From: Magallana gigas
Lineage: Eukaryota
Assembly: GCF_963853765.1 (NCBI RefSeq)
Contig: NC_088858.1
Coordinates: forward strand, 50,530,001 to 50,594,000
Direction of reading: 5' to 3'
Length of the DNA stretch: 64,000 nt
Part shown: positions 24,882 to 36,900 of the stretch, piece after piece
Position numbering within the stretch: the first letter of the stretch is position 1
Layout: each line of letters starts with the position of its first letter
Made by a program: the position numbers and the translations under genes
Notes under the pieces: model-generated
Databases searched by the model: none
Told to the model about the DNA's origin: nothing
Seen by the model: the letters and a program-made list of their open reading frames with translations, nothing else

Positions 24882-26169
24882 CAAAACAATAAAAATTCTA
24901 TTAACTATAAATTCATCTTTATATACATTGCAACAATGACAGTTAATAAAAATTGCCGTAATAAATAGTATACGAAAGATGACATTAACAATATGCATTG
25001 CATGGCACATCGGACATATTTTACGGTATTTCATGTAGCTTGCACAGTATGAAATATTCACAGTCCGATTGAAAATATAATTAATAATGCATTCATTTAT
25101 CTTGTATATCCGAGCATCTTACTCGGAGTTTTCATTGTTTAAGCATTTAATTCATTTTATAATCTATTATATCATATTATAGGTACTCACCAACTTTTGG
25201 CAGTAGAGACAGCATTCACGCCCCATTTCTTTGCAGTGCTCTTTTAAAAAAAATGGTACCAAAAAATCGCGCTAACAACTTTTTGAGATACTCATCATTT
25301 AGTTCTCCAAATTATATTGCAATAAAAACTATTTATTAAAAGGTCTCATTGATGGTGGATTAATTGCCTACTAATTAAACTGCTCGTGCGATGTTCGTAC
25401 ATGTGTTTATAACAAAATTATTGTCTAATTAAAAAAAAATTATTATCTATATGTTTTATGTATTTAAAAACAACAGCAACACATGGTGCAAATGTTTATT
25501 GTATATTTTATTTTGTTCATATTCATTAAAACTATTATTTATGATTTTCATAGGGTACGTTTTATCTTGGAGAAAACGTACCCTAGGAATTGGGTACGTT
25601 TTCTCCTGATACCTTTAGGGTACCCTCTTTTTCAGATTTTTAAATCTTCAAAATAAGTCTGCAGCTGTTCTAAGTGATTAGAATGACATTGATCTGTTCC
25701 TGTTTGCGTACATTGCATACAAAACAACATGTAGAACCTCATATTTATTCTAATAATTGCATTCTTATCTTATGACAACAGTTTTTAACCAGTTTTGGCA
25801 GAAACAGGTCTCAAATGTACAAGATGGCCACACATCCCCCGTTAACAGACACTATTCAAATAAGTTTGGTACGATTTTTTCGGAGTTAGAATTTCTATAA
25901 TCATTTAACAATCCTCAATCATTTAAAATACATTTGGGTAAAATTAAGCGTGCATTTAAATCAGAACTATCCATCATTGCTAAAATTTTACGAAAAAAGC
26001 AATTTTTTGGTATTTTCTACCTATAAACGCCACTAAGAAAGGGCCAATCCTCTATAGCTTTAGTGCACTTGTTCTTTTAGAACTGTCAAAAATCGACCAT
26101 CTGTGGGTGAACAATTTGAAAGTCATTGAGACCAATTCAGGCCAATTTGTGGGTTCACTCAGAACAAGA

Positions 26170-26381
26170 TACTATATACAGGGAAATATTCGCCAACGTT
26201 TTAATTTTGCCCCTTTCGCCCTCGTTGTCAGAGGGCGAATTTAAGACTGGGCGAATTCTATATTGCAAATAATATCTTAGTTAACACAACTGTATCTGGG
26301 CGAATTTAAGACGGGGCGAAAACGTTTGCAATTGTAAAGGGGCGAAAATAACACGGGTCGAAAATAACCTTGTATACTGTA
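26170..26381. mobile_element. TA-flanked MITE with internal GGGCGAA repeats
   Basis: Termini TACTATATACAGGG / CCTTGTATACTGTA are imperfect inverted repeats; several GGGCGAA(A/T) subrepeats. Confidence 0.65.
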
Positions 26382-27379
26382 TATGTTTTTGTCCTGTATA
26401 CTATACTTATGTTACACTAAACATTTATCGTTCATGTAAGAGTCATACAAACAACAATCCATTTTTATTTCCCCTTTTTAACAAAAGCCATTAAGAATAA
26501 CCGACTGACAGTAGTTATCCATCTGGGATGACAACACAGTTTGCTCTATGTAATAAGCATATGTCTTTGTTTATACCAGAAATTATAATGACATGTACTC
26601 TTATAGACAGATCCGTCTTCTCTGTAATACAGATTTCACGCTCCTTATAAAGTCCTCTTTCCGAATCAGAGAAGCACATTAATTGTGTTAGCGTCATAAA
26701 GTTCAGCAATAATAGAGGTAAGTTTTGTCTTGAAACCAACCATTGCAACAACAGATGCATGTTTGTTTAAGTTTTCTTTGACTCATCTACTTTTTAGTAA
26801 ATACATTCCGGAATATTGACAAAACTTGGTGAGTATGATGGGAATCATTGAAAAAAAGGAATTATAAGCAAAAAATAACTTAATAAATAAATAAAAAAAT
26901 AAATGATAAAAGATAAATAAATAAAATAAATAAACGAAAGATATACCAAAAAGGGATAATGCTCCTATATAATTATATAAGACTTATTATTCAATGTTTA
27001 TAAATTTATTTATATTGACATATATTTCCGTTATTAATAATGACGCGCTGGTCAGTGAAATGGAAATGTAATAAATTTAACAGCATACGGTTGATTATAT
27101 TTCTCCACGTTAAAGGATTCTGTTTAATTTATCGTGTTTTCGCTTTTTAAAAACGACACAGTTAAACATGTAGACGAATATCTTGATACATGCAAATACA
27201 CCAGCTTACCTGTATTGTTGTCTTAACTCCCACACAATCATGACTTGGCATTTCTCTACAGAAACCAATGCTGTAGTTATTAAGAAAGTATTTAATATTG
27301 TTACGAAGCAAACTAGAATATGGTTCACTAATATTTAATATTTTAAAATATTTTTCCTGTATATTTCTGTAAAAATAAG

Positions 27380-28045
27380 AACTAGTAGGCCCCAGAATGA
27401 GTCCGGGGGTCGCGGTGTACCAATTTAGAATCTACACCATTATAGGATGGTTCCATAGTAATCTCAAAATTTACAGCATTAATTGTAGTTCTTGAGTAGA
27501 CGATTTTTAAACATTTACCCTAGAGATTTCTATGTTAGATTTTGAACCGCTGTTGGAGCCCCGGTTTTAGTTTGGGGGTCACAATGTTATCAATGTAGAA
27601 TCCTCATTATTTGAAGATGCTTGCATAGCTATTTTAGAAATTGTAGCACTGTAGTGAGATGAAGATTTTTAAACACTTTCCATATAATTTTCAATGTTTA
27701 ACATCGAATCCCTCTTGAGGCCTTAGTATTTGTCCTAGGGGTCTTGATTTAATCAATTTAGAATCTTCACTATATAAACAAGCTTTGATGTAAATATGGG
27801 CATCTCCGGTACAGTGTTTCTTGAGAAGATATTTTAAGAAACACGCCCTATTTTCGCAATTATCTCAAGGTTTGCCCTTGATTTTAACAATTCCAAATCC
27901 ATTTTTAAATGAATCCTTTGTACCAAGTTTGATTTAAAATTTGACCCAGTACTATAGTTATTCAAGAGAACAAGTAAAAAATGTTAAAAAGTTTACAGAC
28001 AGACAGACATTTGGACGAACGACGAACAACAGGTGATCAGAAAAA
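27380..28045 (+). mobile_element. HINE-like element with ~165-bp satellite-like central repeats (Cg170-like)
   Basis: AAT(T/G)TAGAATC recurs at 27422, 27592, 27755 (spacing 170, 163); ends in (GACA)n then CAGGTGATCAGAAAA. Confidence 0.65.
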
Positions 28046-28368
28046 AATTAATAACCAGCCCCCAAAAAACCGTTTAAAAACCTCACAAAACGCGAAAACA
28101 AAACAAAATTAAAGAAAAGAGGAAAATAAGAATTGTTTCGTTTGATAAGAACATCTCCAGAGCAGACATTAGGCATAGACAAAAGTATAACTTGACAACG
28201 AAATATCAACATTGCATTTCATTAACTTCAGAACAAACTTATTTCACTAGAACTCAATCAGAGTTGCCCAACAATTGACAGAATTCGCAGCGCTATATAT
28301 ATATCTAGTGTTGGCTACTACTGCATCGATCATACTAATCACATCGATTTTTTTCTCGATTTCAGAAG

Positions 28369-28854
28369 ATGAAGGGAACTGTGTTTGTTGTGCTTCTGGC
28401 TTTGGTATCTTGCCAAAATTACCCGGATCACGGCGAGCGTGCATACCCGTCTCCAGGACTGCAGCTACTGACGGGCGGGGTGAGTGAGTTCATAGTAGAC
28501 GGCAGGGTGTACGGACGAGATTTACCACCACTGCTTACCGGCCAAGCAAGTTTTCAAGATTTTGAGAACAGCAGACTTAGAAGGCAAGGCCGCTTTGGCA
28601 GTCAAGTATCTGATTTTATTTCAACATTAAGAGGATCACCATATATCAGCATTCCTGATCCTTTCAATATTAGATATGACAGCGATAATAACTATATGAT
28701 CCCTTTGAATAACATAATACATGGAGATGATCTTGTCACCTTTGGAAGGACTAAAGAAACTTATGCTTTAGGTAGAGTTGGAAGCTATTCGTTTCGCAAA
28801 GGAAGAAGACATTCCCAAACAAGAAAAGGATCCCAGTTAATCGACCATTTTTAG
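28369..28854 (+). CDS. Small secreted protein (161 aa), signal peptide, Gly/Arg/Phe-rich; possible shell/mantle protein
   Basis: Signal-like MKGTVFVVLLALVSC; splice acceptor ttttctcgatttcAG 3 nt before ATG; coding-like composition in an AT-rich context. Confidence 0.7.
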   Translation: MKGTVFVVLLALVSCQNYPDHGERAYPSPGLQLLTGGVSEFIVDGRVYGRDLPPLLTGQASFQDFENSRLRRQGRFGSQVSDFISTLRGSPYISIPDPFNIRYDSDNNYMIPLNNIIHGDDLVTFGRTKETYALGRVGSYSFRKGRRHSQTRKGSQLIDHF

Positions 28855-29550
28855 TTTGACGATGTTACGCCAGCTAATATAACACAAGTAAATGAATGGA
28901 TGTCCAGTTTAAAGGATAGTGAAATGATATACATTTAAATATACCATTATGTCCGAAGGTGAAAAATACAACTGACTGGAAAAAAATGGAACATTCCGAG
29001 TGTTAGATATAATGTCATGTAAATAATTTGTGATACTGATATATATGGTGACTTTCCCTATAAGCACTTCAAATTAATCGGCATGCTTTATTGTGAGTGT
29101 ATGAGATGACCAAAAATTGATTGTAAATCATTACAGTTAAAGAGCAGCCATTTTCTTCATTGTCAGTAGACCTTTGAATAATAGGAAAACAGAAAGGTAT
29201 CAATGGAAGTCATGCAAAACAAGATGCCATTAGATATGTGCAGAAAAAATTGGTAGCATCAATGCTGGTCTTAATGCGGCGAATCTGAGTTCAAATATTA
29301 GTATTGTTGGACCCTGTTTAATTTGAGTTTACCGCGCAACTCAAATTATCGTAGAATATAAGTTTGCAGGTCGTCGACGCGAATAATATGGAATTAAATG
29401 TATATATTTACATTTCCCAGTGTCTTTGCCTGTGATAACACTACGTATCGATTTTGTACTATAAAACCAATACTACAAATTGAGGCGCCAGCGGGGTTTT
29501 CTTAGTTATATTTAAACAGTTAATTGTACAATGGCTTAAAATTATATAAA

Positions 29551-29713
29551 TATAAGTAATAAGGAATCATTCTTTGAATATTATGAGATGATAATTCCGG
29601 TCGGGACGTGATCAAATCTATCATAAAGCCCTTCGGGCTTTATTGGATTTGATCACGCCCCGACCGAAATTATCACCTCATAATATTCAAAGAATGATTC
29701 CTTATTCCTTATA
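29551..29713. repeat. Near-perfect 163-bp palindromic MITE-like element
   Basis: TATAAG.AATAAGGAATCATTCTTTGAATATTATGAG.TGATAATT.. mirrored around TAAAGCCCTTCGGGCTTTA. Confidence 0.9.
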
Positions 29714-31130
29714 TAACCTCGAAAATGCTATCGGTTCAAACAGCTCTTGATAGAGTTGAAGCGCATGACTGTATACTTTTACTTCTAAAAAAAACAACTT
29801 AACAAGCTTTCTGAAAAGGGCCATGAGGGTAAATCAGTATAGCTACATTTCTATGTTAATGCATATGTTTCAATGCAGCTAGATTTGTTTACTTTAAGTA
29901 TTGTAAATCATAAGATACTAGCAATAAGAACAGAAAATGTTGGGCATATAGCAGAAATCAATTACAACAAATTCAAACATATATTATACGTATGAAGTAA
30001 TTTATTTAAACATAAAATAGTTTAAAAAAGAAGGACAGACCAGCATGATTTAAACCCAAAACACAAAAAACCCCAAAGTATACTTCTTTTCAGTAATCCA
30101 GCACGAAACCAGTGAGCCATGCGAGGCTTTATAGTGTGTGGTAAAAAGTATTAATTGAAACACCATTGTCATATCTCTGGACTTTGTTCATTTTCCTTCA
30201 AAAAGTAAAAAAAATGGTCTTCTCTGGGTCATCTCTCCAACTATTTGAAAACCCCCCAGTATAACCATATACATGTAAAGATAAAATCTGTTGTATTTCA
30301 AACATTAATCTACCAATTCTACGTCCCAGAGAAACCAAATTACAATTAAGGTCCAAAATATGTGCAAAATTATTTGATGAAATATTGCTCTTCCTGTGCG
30401 CTCATATTCCTGCCAAATCTACATCTTAAACGCCCACTTTCTGAACGTATCGTGCAATTACGGCAGTTGAATGATAAAAACATTACGACATTAGTTGCGT
30501 ATGCTTTGGATGTAAACCTAAGACCAACAAAAAGAAAACAACTGGAAAAGAGCATAGTAAATGGACCAAATACTTGATGGATCTTTACGAGACAAGCTGC
30601 AACTAAAGCAGTACAACATAATTATGCTGATGCAGACACATCCACATCGTCTCTGTTTCTACTGGATTTAATACCATCTTCTGCGAAGATGAACACCAAG
30701 AAGTTTTGACATGATTTCCGACACAGACGACAGTGCTGATTATGGTGCCCTTGCAACGAAGTATACGGAAGGCGTTTAGAAACAGCTAAGGGTACTTGAA
30801 AAAGCGTAACTGCCTTGCATAAAATTGCTTCAAACCCTTCCATTTGTTAAATTCTTAACAATACATGTATTATGCAATGGTACACAGAGATTGAAGATAC
30901 GTAATATATAATAATTAATCACTTATAAACATCGCATGTTCGTGGAAAAAAACGTGTTTAAAAGATCAATTCTTGTTTGATACACTTGTTGATACAAATA
31001 TAAAGAATGGGGTGGGGGTCTAAACCGGGGGAAGCATTTCTTATGTATTTTTCAAATGATAGAGCATAATTTCCTTCAAAAACCACAACACAATGTTGTA
31101 TTAGATATTACTGACTTAAAAATAATAGCA

Positions 31131-31570
31131 TTTATTAGTCACCTGAGACACTCAGGTTATCTATTGCTGTCAGTCTTCGTCCGTCGTCTGTGCCTCGTGC
31201 GTTAACAATTTTACAGTTTTATCTTTTTCTTGAAAACTAAAAAGCCAACTGATTTGAAGCATCTGTATGATAATCTTAATTGTATAATTCATAACTTTAC
31301 CACCCCGGGACCTCATGGCCAACTTTGAAAAAAAAAACAAGTTTCAAAAATCTTCTCTACTTTCACACTAAGGAAAAGAACTAAATTAAATGCACTGTTA
31401 TGATGTCCATGAAGCCTTCTATAAAAATTGTAAAATTCATGCCCCCCTGAGCAAGGGGTTTAGGCCCTAAGATGTGGCAAATACAACCATATCGTAAAAA
31501 TATATTAAATCTTAATAAAATCTCAACTCCCGTATATAATATTTGAAAAAAAAAATTAATCTCATGGTTA
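31131..31570 (-). mobile_element. HINE-like element, reverse orientation
   Basis: TTATTAGTCACCTGAGACACTCAGGT hairpin, CGTC-type microrepeat, then a degenerate satellite-like unit. Confidence 0.55.
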
Positions 31571-31654
31571 TTATGGTGATATGGTACATCTCCATTTTGT
31601 GAAGTGTACATTTTGTGAAGTTATATAATAAAATTATGTGTAAATTTCTTCCCC

Positions 31655-31790
31655 GTGTGTTAGAGAGTTTACTACGAATCTAGTAAGTCATGAGTTCGAA
31701 TTTCGCCAGGGATTTTACATTTTTTACCTCTCCGAAAATTCTAAACCAGTAAATGTATTATAATTATAACGTATTAATCCACATGAATAT
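31655..31790 (+). mobile_element. tRNA-headed SINE-like repeat (copy 1)
   Basis: B-box-like GAGTTCGAATT; homologous to 48657-48850. Confidence 0.5.
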
Positions 31791-31994
31791 TAATAAATGT
31801 CCAATACAACCTTAATGATCTCTGATCATCAACAATGTTCGATAACTCTTAATTATCTGGAATTTTTAACCGTACCATAATATTGCCTTTTATATAGACA
31901 AATTTAATAAGCCATGTTTTTGTGTTGTAAGTGCGCGTTTTTTTTTTTGTTTTTTTGTTTGTTTATTTTTTTTTTTTGTGGCGGCTTTGAATTG

Positions 31995-32920
31995 TTTATG
32001 TTCAGTTTTGGAGTAAGTCCAGGAACCTGCACCAGATCTTGTGTCGATATGCGTAAGTCCGGCGCACCGATGTCTTCTTCTCTTCTCCAGATGATGTCTC
32101 GTACACACTTGTGTTGTACCTGTCGACGTTTCCGTTCCAGTGAAAATGGCTAGTGCAGTCATCATCTTGTACATATATGTAGGAGTCATCCCCAAAGCTG
32201 ATCCGCTTGTCATGGAATATGTTGAGGACGTTGTTGAAGGACTCCATGGAGTACGTATCATTGCGAATATGTAGTTCTCTGGGCACTTGTACACGACTGT
32301 GTTCCAGACGGCGCTGTTGAGGAGATTTTCTGCCACAGGATCTCTAATGAAAATCTTGCATGGTTCGTAGTTTGGATCCGTGCGGCATCGGCTTTCTGCA
32401 GGACAGTTGTCATGGATGTTCTTATAGTGAAAGACTAAGTTGTCAAGTCGTAGAGTGCTCCTCTCTGATGAATGTATTTATACTGGCATTAGGGTCATGG
32501 GCATGGAGACGAACTGTAACTAGATCGCCAATGCTTGGAATGTTGCTGTCAAAAAACTCGTATAGTCTTCTTGTTCCTTGAATTTTGTGACGCTGAACAC
32601 ACTGGTCATCCGTCCGAGTGACATGTTCCTCACGAATCACCTTAAGCGCTGCATTCCCGATGGACACAACGTTCGTGTTCTTGAAGTTCTTCCGAAATCT
32701 ATGAGCGGACTGAAGTAGTCGAGCAATAGCACTATCTGTACAAATGAAGTAGTTGGTATCTTCAATTTTTACAACCGGAAGAGAAAAATTGGGAGACTCG
32801 ACTATGAAGTAAAGCGTCCAAGCCTTTTCGATAATCTCGGCGTTGTTTAGGCGCTGGTCTTTTTGCTTCCTTCAACTTCACCATATTCTGACGTAGCGTT
32901 GAGGCAAAGACATGTTCTCC
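31995..32920 (-). pseudogene. Decayed DDE transposase, Kolobok-like
   Basis: Frameshifted pieces: VRLHAHDPNASINTFIREE / HYKNIHDNCPAESRCRTDPNYEP..RDPVAENLL / DTYSMESFNNVLNIFHDKRISFGDDSY..HWNGNVDR..RTYAYRHKIW. Superfamily assigned from motif memory only. Confidence 0.5.
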
Positions 32921-33107
32921 GGGTAAAACACATGTTATCTAAACTTAGGACAAAAACAATACAAGTGTTTACCGGATCGGTGAGATGGGTGCAAACCTGC
33001 AGACTTTAATCTCTCTTATTTCTAAAAAGTTTTTTTTACTGTGATCTTTTCAGCTGGTTCAACAAGAAATTTTTCTAGTTACTGCATTTGTGTAATTTAT
33101 CAGGAAG

Positions 33108-33791
33108 TATTCTGCCTTTGCCTACAGATAGTGAACCAACACAACAATCCAGTGCATCGAATTTATTGTGTATGCGGTAAAAAACTGAAACAAAAACAAA
33201 GTATGAATTACTCATACGTTCTCAAACAATGTACATGTAAAGACAAAATGCATATAATAATAGATTGTAATGAAAGAATAGAAATACAAATAACAGTATT
33301 AAGATAGGGTCCAAAACAATGAATTTTATCATAAATGGGTTTCCATAGAAAAATGTAACAAACGTACGTTTATTTACTTAGACTGACAATGACACTAATG
33401 GCGTTCCATACTTTTTAGAGATAATTAGAAATTTACTTATAAGCTGCATTTATATAAAATACAAAACAGTAAACACATAAATGAATAGCCGTGTATGTAA
33501 TATAAATCAACAGAAAACTACTTACAGTGTGTGGCAGCATACGAATACAAAAAACATGTTGGATGGACTGAGTGTCCTTGTGTGGGTCACACAAACAACA
33601 AAACAGGAAGTCAACAATTAGGAAAAGTAACTCTAAATTATATAATGAAAGGATAACTCTAGGTTCAAAAAGGAAAGATAACTGCAGAAAATACATATCA
33701 AAATGATAATGGAAGATAACTCTAAATGTATTTAGATAATAATTAGACTTTAGCAAAATACACAATCACACAAAATCTTGTAAACAATACA
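33108..33791 (-). repeat. 3' LTR (684 bp)
   Basis: Matches 39954-40637; one mismatch seen (ATAGGGT vs ATAGGTT). Confidence 0.95.
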
Positions 33792-33904
33792 CTCCCCGTC
33801 TGATATCTTTAGATATCACTATCCAACATATTTACAAAATAACCAAAATATTCCAAACGAAATACCAAACAGTTCTGATTAACATGAAGCACTGTTACAA
33901 ATAT

Positions 33905-36900
33905 TTAAATTGCCATCAAGAGCACAGTCTCTGTAACCGGGCGCGTGTATAATGTGTTAACGCCATTCTTGTTCACACGAAGTTGTACTTTACGGACTCT
34001 CTTGTCTGATACGCTTGGGAACACTTGATCCACTACTGCCATCTTCCAGTCACAGCGATGGGCTGAACTGTCCTTCAATAAAACGACATCACCGACGGAT
34101 AGGTTTCTTTGGTGCTGTGTCCACTTTTGTCGACTTTGAAGGGTGACTAAGTATTCCTTACGCCATCGTTTCCAGAAGAGGTCTGCGAGTAGTTGAACCC
34201 TTTTCCATTGCGCTTTGAAGGCATCTTTCTCGTCAAATGGTCCAGGCGGTTCTCCTCCTTTGTCCGTTTTCTGGGTCAGAAGGGTATATGGAGTGAGAAT
34301 AAATGGGTACTCTGGATCAGTTGGAACTGGCACCAGTGGTCTTGAATTAATAATGGCACTAGCCTCAGCTAAGAACGTAACGAGGGTCTCGTGTGTCAAC
34401 TTCTTTGCTGTACCAGTAATCAACAATGAATCTAGTATCCGTCTTGTAAGGCCTATCATCCTCTCCCATGCGCCACCCATGTGGGATGAGTGTGGTGAGT
34501 TGAATATCCATACTGTTCTGTTGTCAAGAAGAAACTTGTTGACAGGTCGATCTTCTACGTTTATAGCGTCAATTCCAAGACTTTCTGTTGAGCCAACGAA
34601 ATTTGTGCCACGATCTGATCTAAACTCTTTAACACTTCCACGTATAGCGACAAATCTCCTAAGTGCATTAATGAAGGATGAGGAACTCATCTCTTCGATG
34701 ACTTCAATGTGAACAGCTCGCGATGAAAGACATGAAAACATTACAGCCCAGCGTTTTGCATGAGCCAGTCCTCCTCTAGTTCGACGTGCAAGAACTTCCC
34801 AAGGTCCGAAGGTATCCACTCCTACACTTGAGAATGGAGGTCCTGGTGTTAATCGATCTTCAGGTAAGTCAGCCATGAATTGATGTTCTGGTTTTCTCCT
34901 CATCTTTCTGCAAGTCACACAGCTGTATATCATCGAGGATACGATACGCTTGGCTCCTGTTATCCAATATCCAGCAGATCTTATTGAGCCTTCTGTGAAG
35001 TGGCGTCCTTGATGTTTGGTAAGTTGATGATAATGGCGCACCAACAGTGTAGCTATGTGTTGTTTGCCAGGAATAATGACAGGATTTTTCTCAGTGACTT
35101 CCAACTCTAAATTCATCAATCGGCCTCCTACACGCAAAATACCATCATGGTCTAAAACTGGATTCAGCTTTACAAGTGAACTCTTCTTATTGAGAGCTCG
35201 GTTTTCTCTGATACTTCTGATCTCTTCTCGAAAAGATTCACCCTGGACCGCTCGAATGATGTGTTTTTCTGTTTCAAGATAAAGGTCAACATCTTTCGCT
35301 TTGTTGCAGAAATGCCATCCTCTGCATGGTTTTGTTCCACTCCAACATCTGGCAACATGTTTCAAGCGTGCAATACCTGAAACTAAACTACTCCAGGTTG
35401 AGTATTTGGTAAACCTTTCAGTTCCAATGGAGGGTTCTTTAACGTGCAATGTTTTAACAATTAGCGTAGGTCTAATCTCTCTGTCATTCTCTGAGTCTAC
35501 GAGGTCATACTCTTGTGGCATCTGTTTGTCATGATCAGATATATCTGTTTTGCCTTGGTCTTTACTTTCAAGGAACCATCGTTTCGGACCACAAAGCCAT
35601 GGGCTGTTTTTCATATTTTCAACTGCGATTGGTCTAGTTGATTGATCTGCAGGATTGTGTTCTGAAGGAACATAGCTCCATTGTTCTGGTGAGGAGACTT
35701 TGTGAATCTGCTGTACTCTGTTGCTTACGTAAGTATAGAAACGTTTGGTTCTGTTGTAGATGTAACCAAGGACAACTTTACTGTCTGTATGGTAATGAAT
35801 GTCTTTAGGGTCAATATCCAATTGATGTTGAATGATTTGAGAGATCTCAACACCAAGCGCTGCAGCACATAACTCCAAACGAGGGATGGTTACTGCCTTC
35901 TTAGGTGCAACTTTTCCTTTCCCTACTATGAATCCTTGATGAAAGTTACCATCTTGATCCTCTGCTCTCAAAATAGCAACTGCAGCAATGGCCTCCTCGG
36001 ACGCATCAGTGAATACATGGACGTGTTTCTGAAGGAGCTTCTCGGTAGGTACGGAAAGGTAAGTACGAGGAATTTCCAGGTTTTCTAAATACCATAGTTG
36101 TTCTTTCCACTTCTCCCATTCTTCTTGGTATTGGTCAGGTAAATGTTGATCCCAGTCTGTAGACTCTTCAGTAAATTTTCTAAGCAGTAACTTGCCTCTG
36201 ATGAGAACTGGTGCAACAAATCCTAAGGGGTCATAAAAGCTATTCAGACAAGAAAGGACTCCACGGCGTGTATACGGTTTCTTGTCTAAGGAGAGTCTGA
36301 AGGTAAATGCATCAGATCGTAGATTCCAGCTTATTCCTAAGCTGCGTTGTATGGGAAGAATATCCTTCGATAGATCGAGAGACATCAAGTCCTTTGCTAG
36401 GTCATCAGTGGGAAAGTATTTCATGACATCACTGCTGTTGGATACAAACTTGTGAAGTCTAAGTCCTCCTTCTTGCAACAAAGCTTGTTGAGTTCTCTTC
36501 ATCAGGCTAACGATCTCTTGTGTGGATGGCAACGAAATCAACCCATCATCAACGTAAAAGTTGCGTTCTACAAAACTTCGGACGTCACTTCCATAGGTTG
36601 ATTCAGCATTCTCTGCAGTCCTCCTTAGCCCATATGTAGCGACTGCAGGTGATGGACTATTGCCGAAGACATGGACGCACATCCTGTATTCCACCAATTG
36701 CTTCTGAGGATCGTTATCTAAGTACCAGAAGAAACGTAAGTAGTTCCTATGATCTTCTCGCACTTTAAAGCAGTGAAACATTTGCTGAATGTCGGCCATA
36801 ACTCCGATGTTATCAAGTCTGAATCGCATCAGAACACCAAGTAGACTGTTTGTCAGGTCAGGGCCAGATAGAAGCACGTTGTTCAATGACACCCCATTAC

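Larger units (their letters stand above)
23435..25606 (-). mobile_element. Mutator-like (MULE) DNA transposon remnant spanning the assembly gap
   Basis: Inverted repeats GGAGAAAACGTACC..AACGTACCCTATGAAAATCATAAATA.TAGTTTTAATGAA at 23435-23494 and 25522-25606; spliced transposase-like C-terminus inside. Confidence 0.55.

Noticed and set aside
24882-25061. CxxC-like fragment SYCASYMKYRKICPMCH resembling a RING tail
   Set aside because: Too short and degenerate, abuts the gap, no splice support.
26515-26760. 81-aa minus ORF with hydrophobic N-terminus
   Set aside because: No acceptor, promoter or homology support; could be chance.
30362-30843. Three short ORFs in a slightly GC-richer patch
   Set aside because: No recognisable motif or coherent exon structure.
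33041-33765. Identical ORFs repeated at 39887-40611 (suggesting duplicated genes or env)
   Set aside because: They lie within the LTRs and are AT-rich chance frames; no env-like ORF lies between pol and the 3' LTR.
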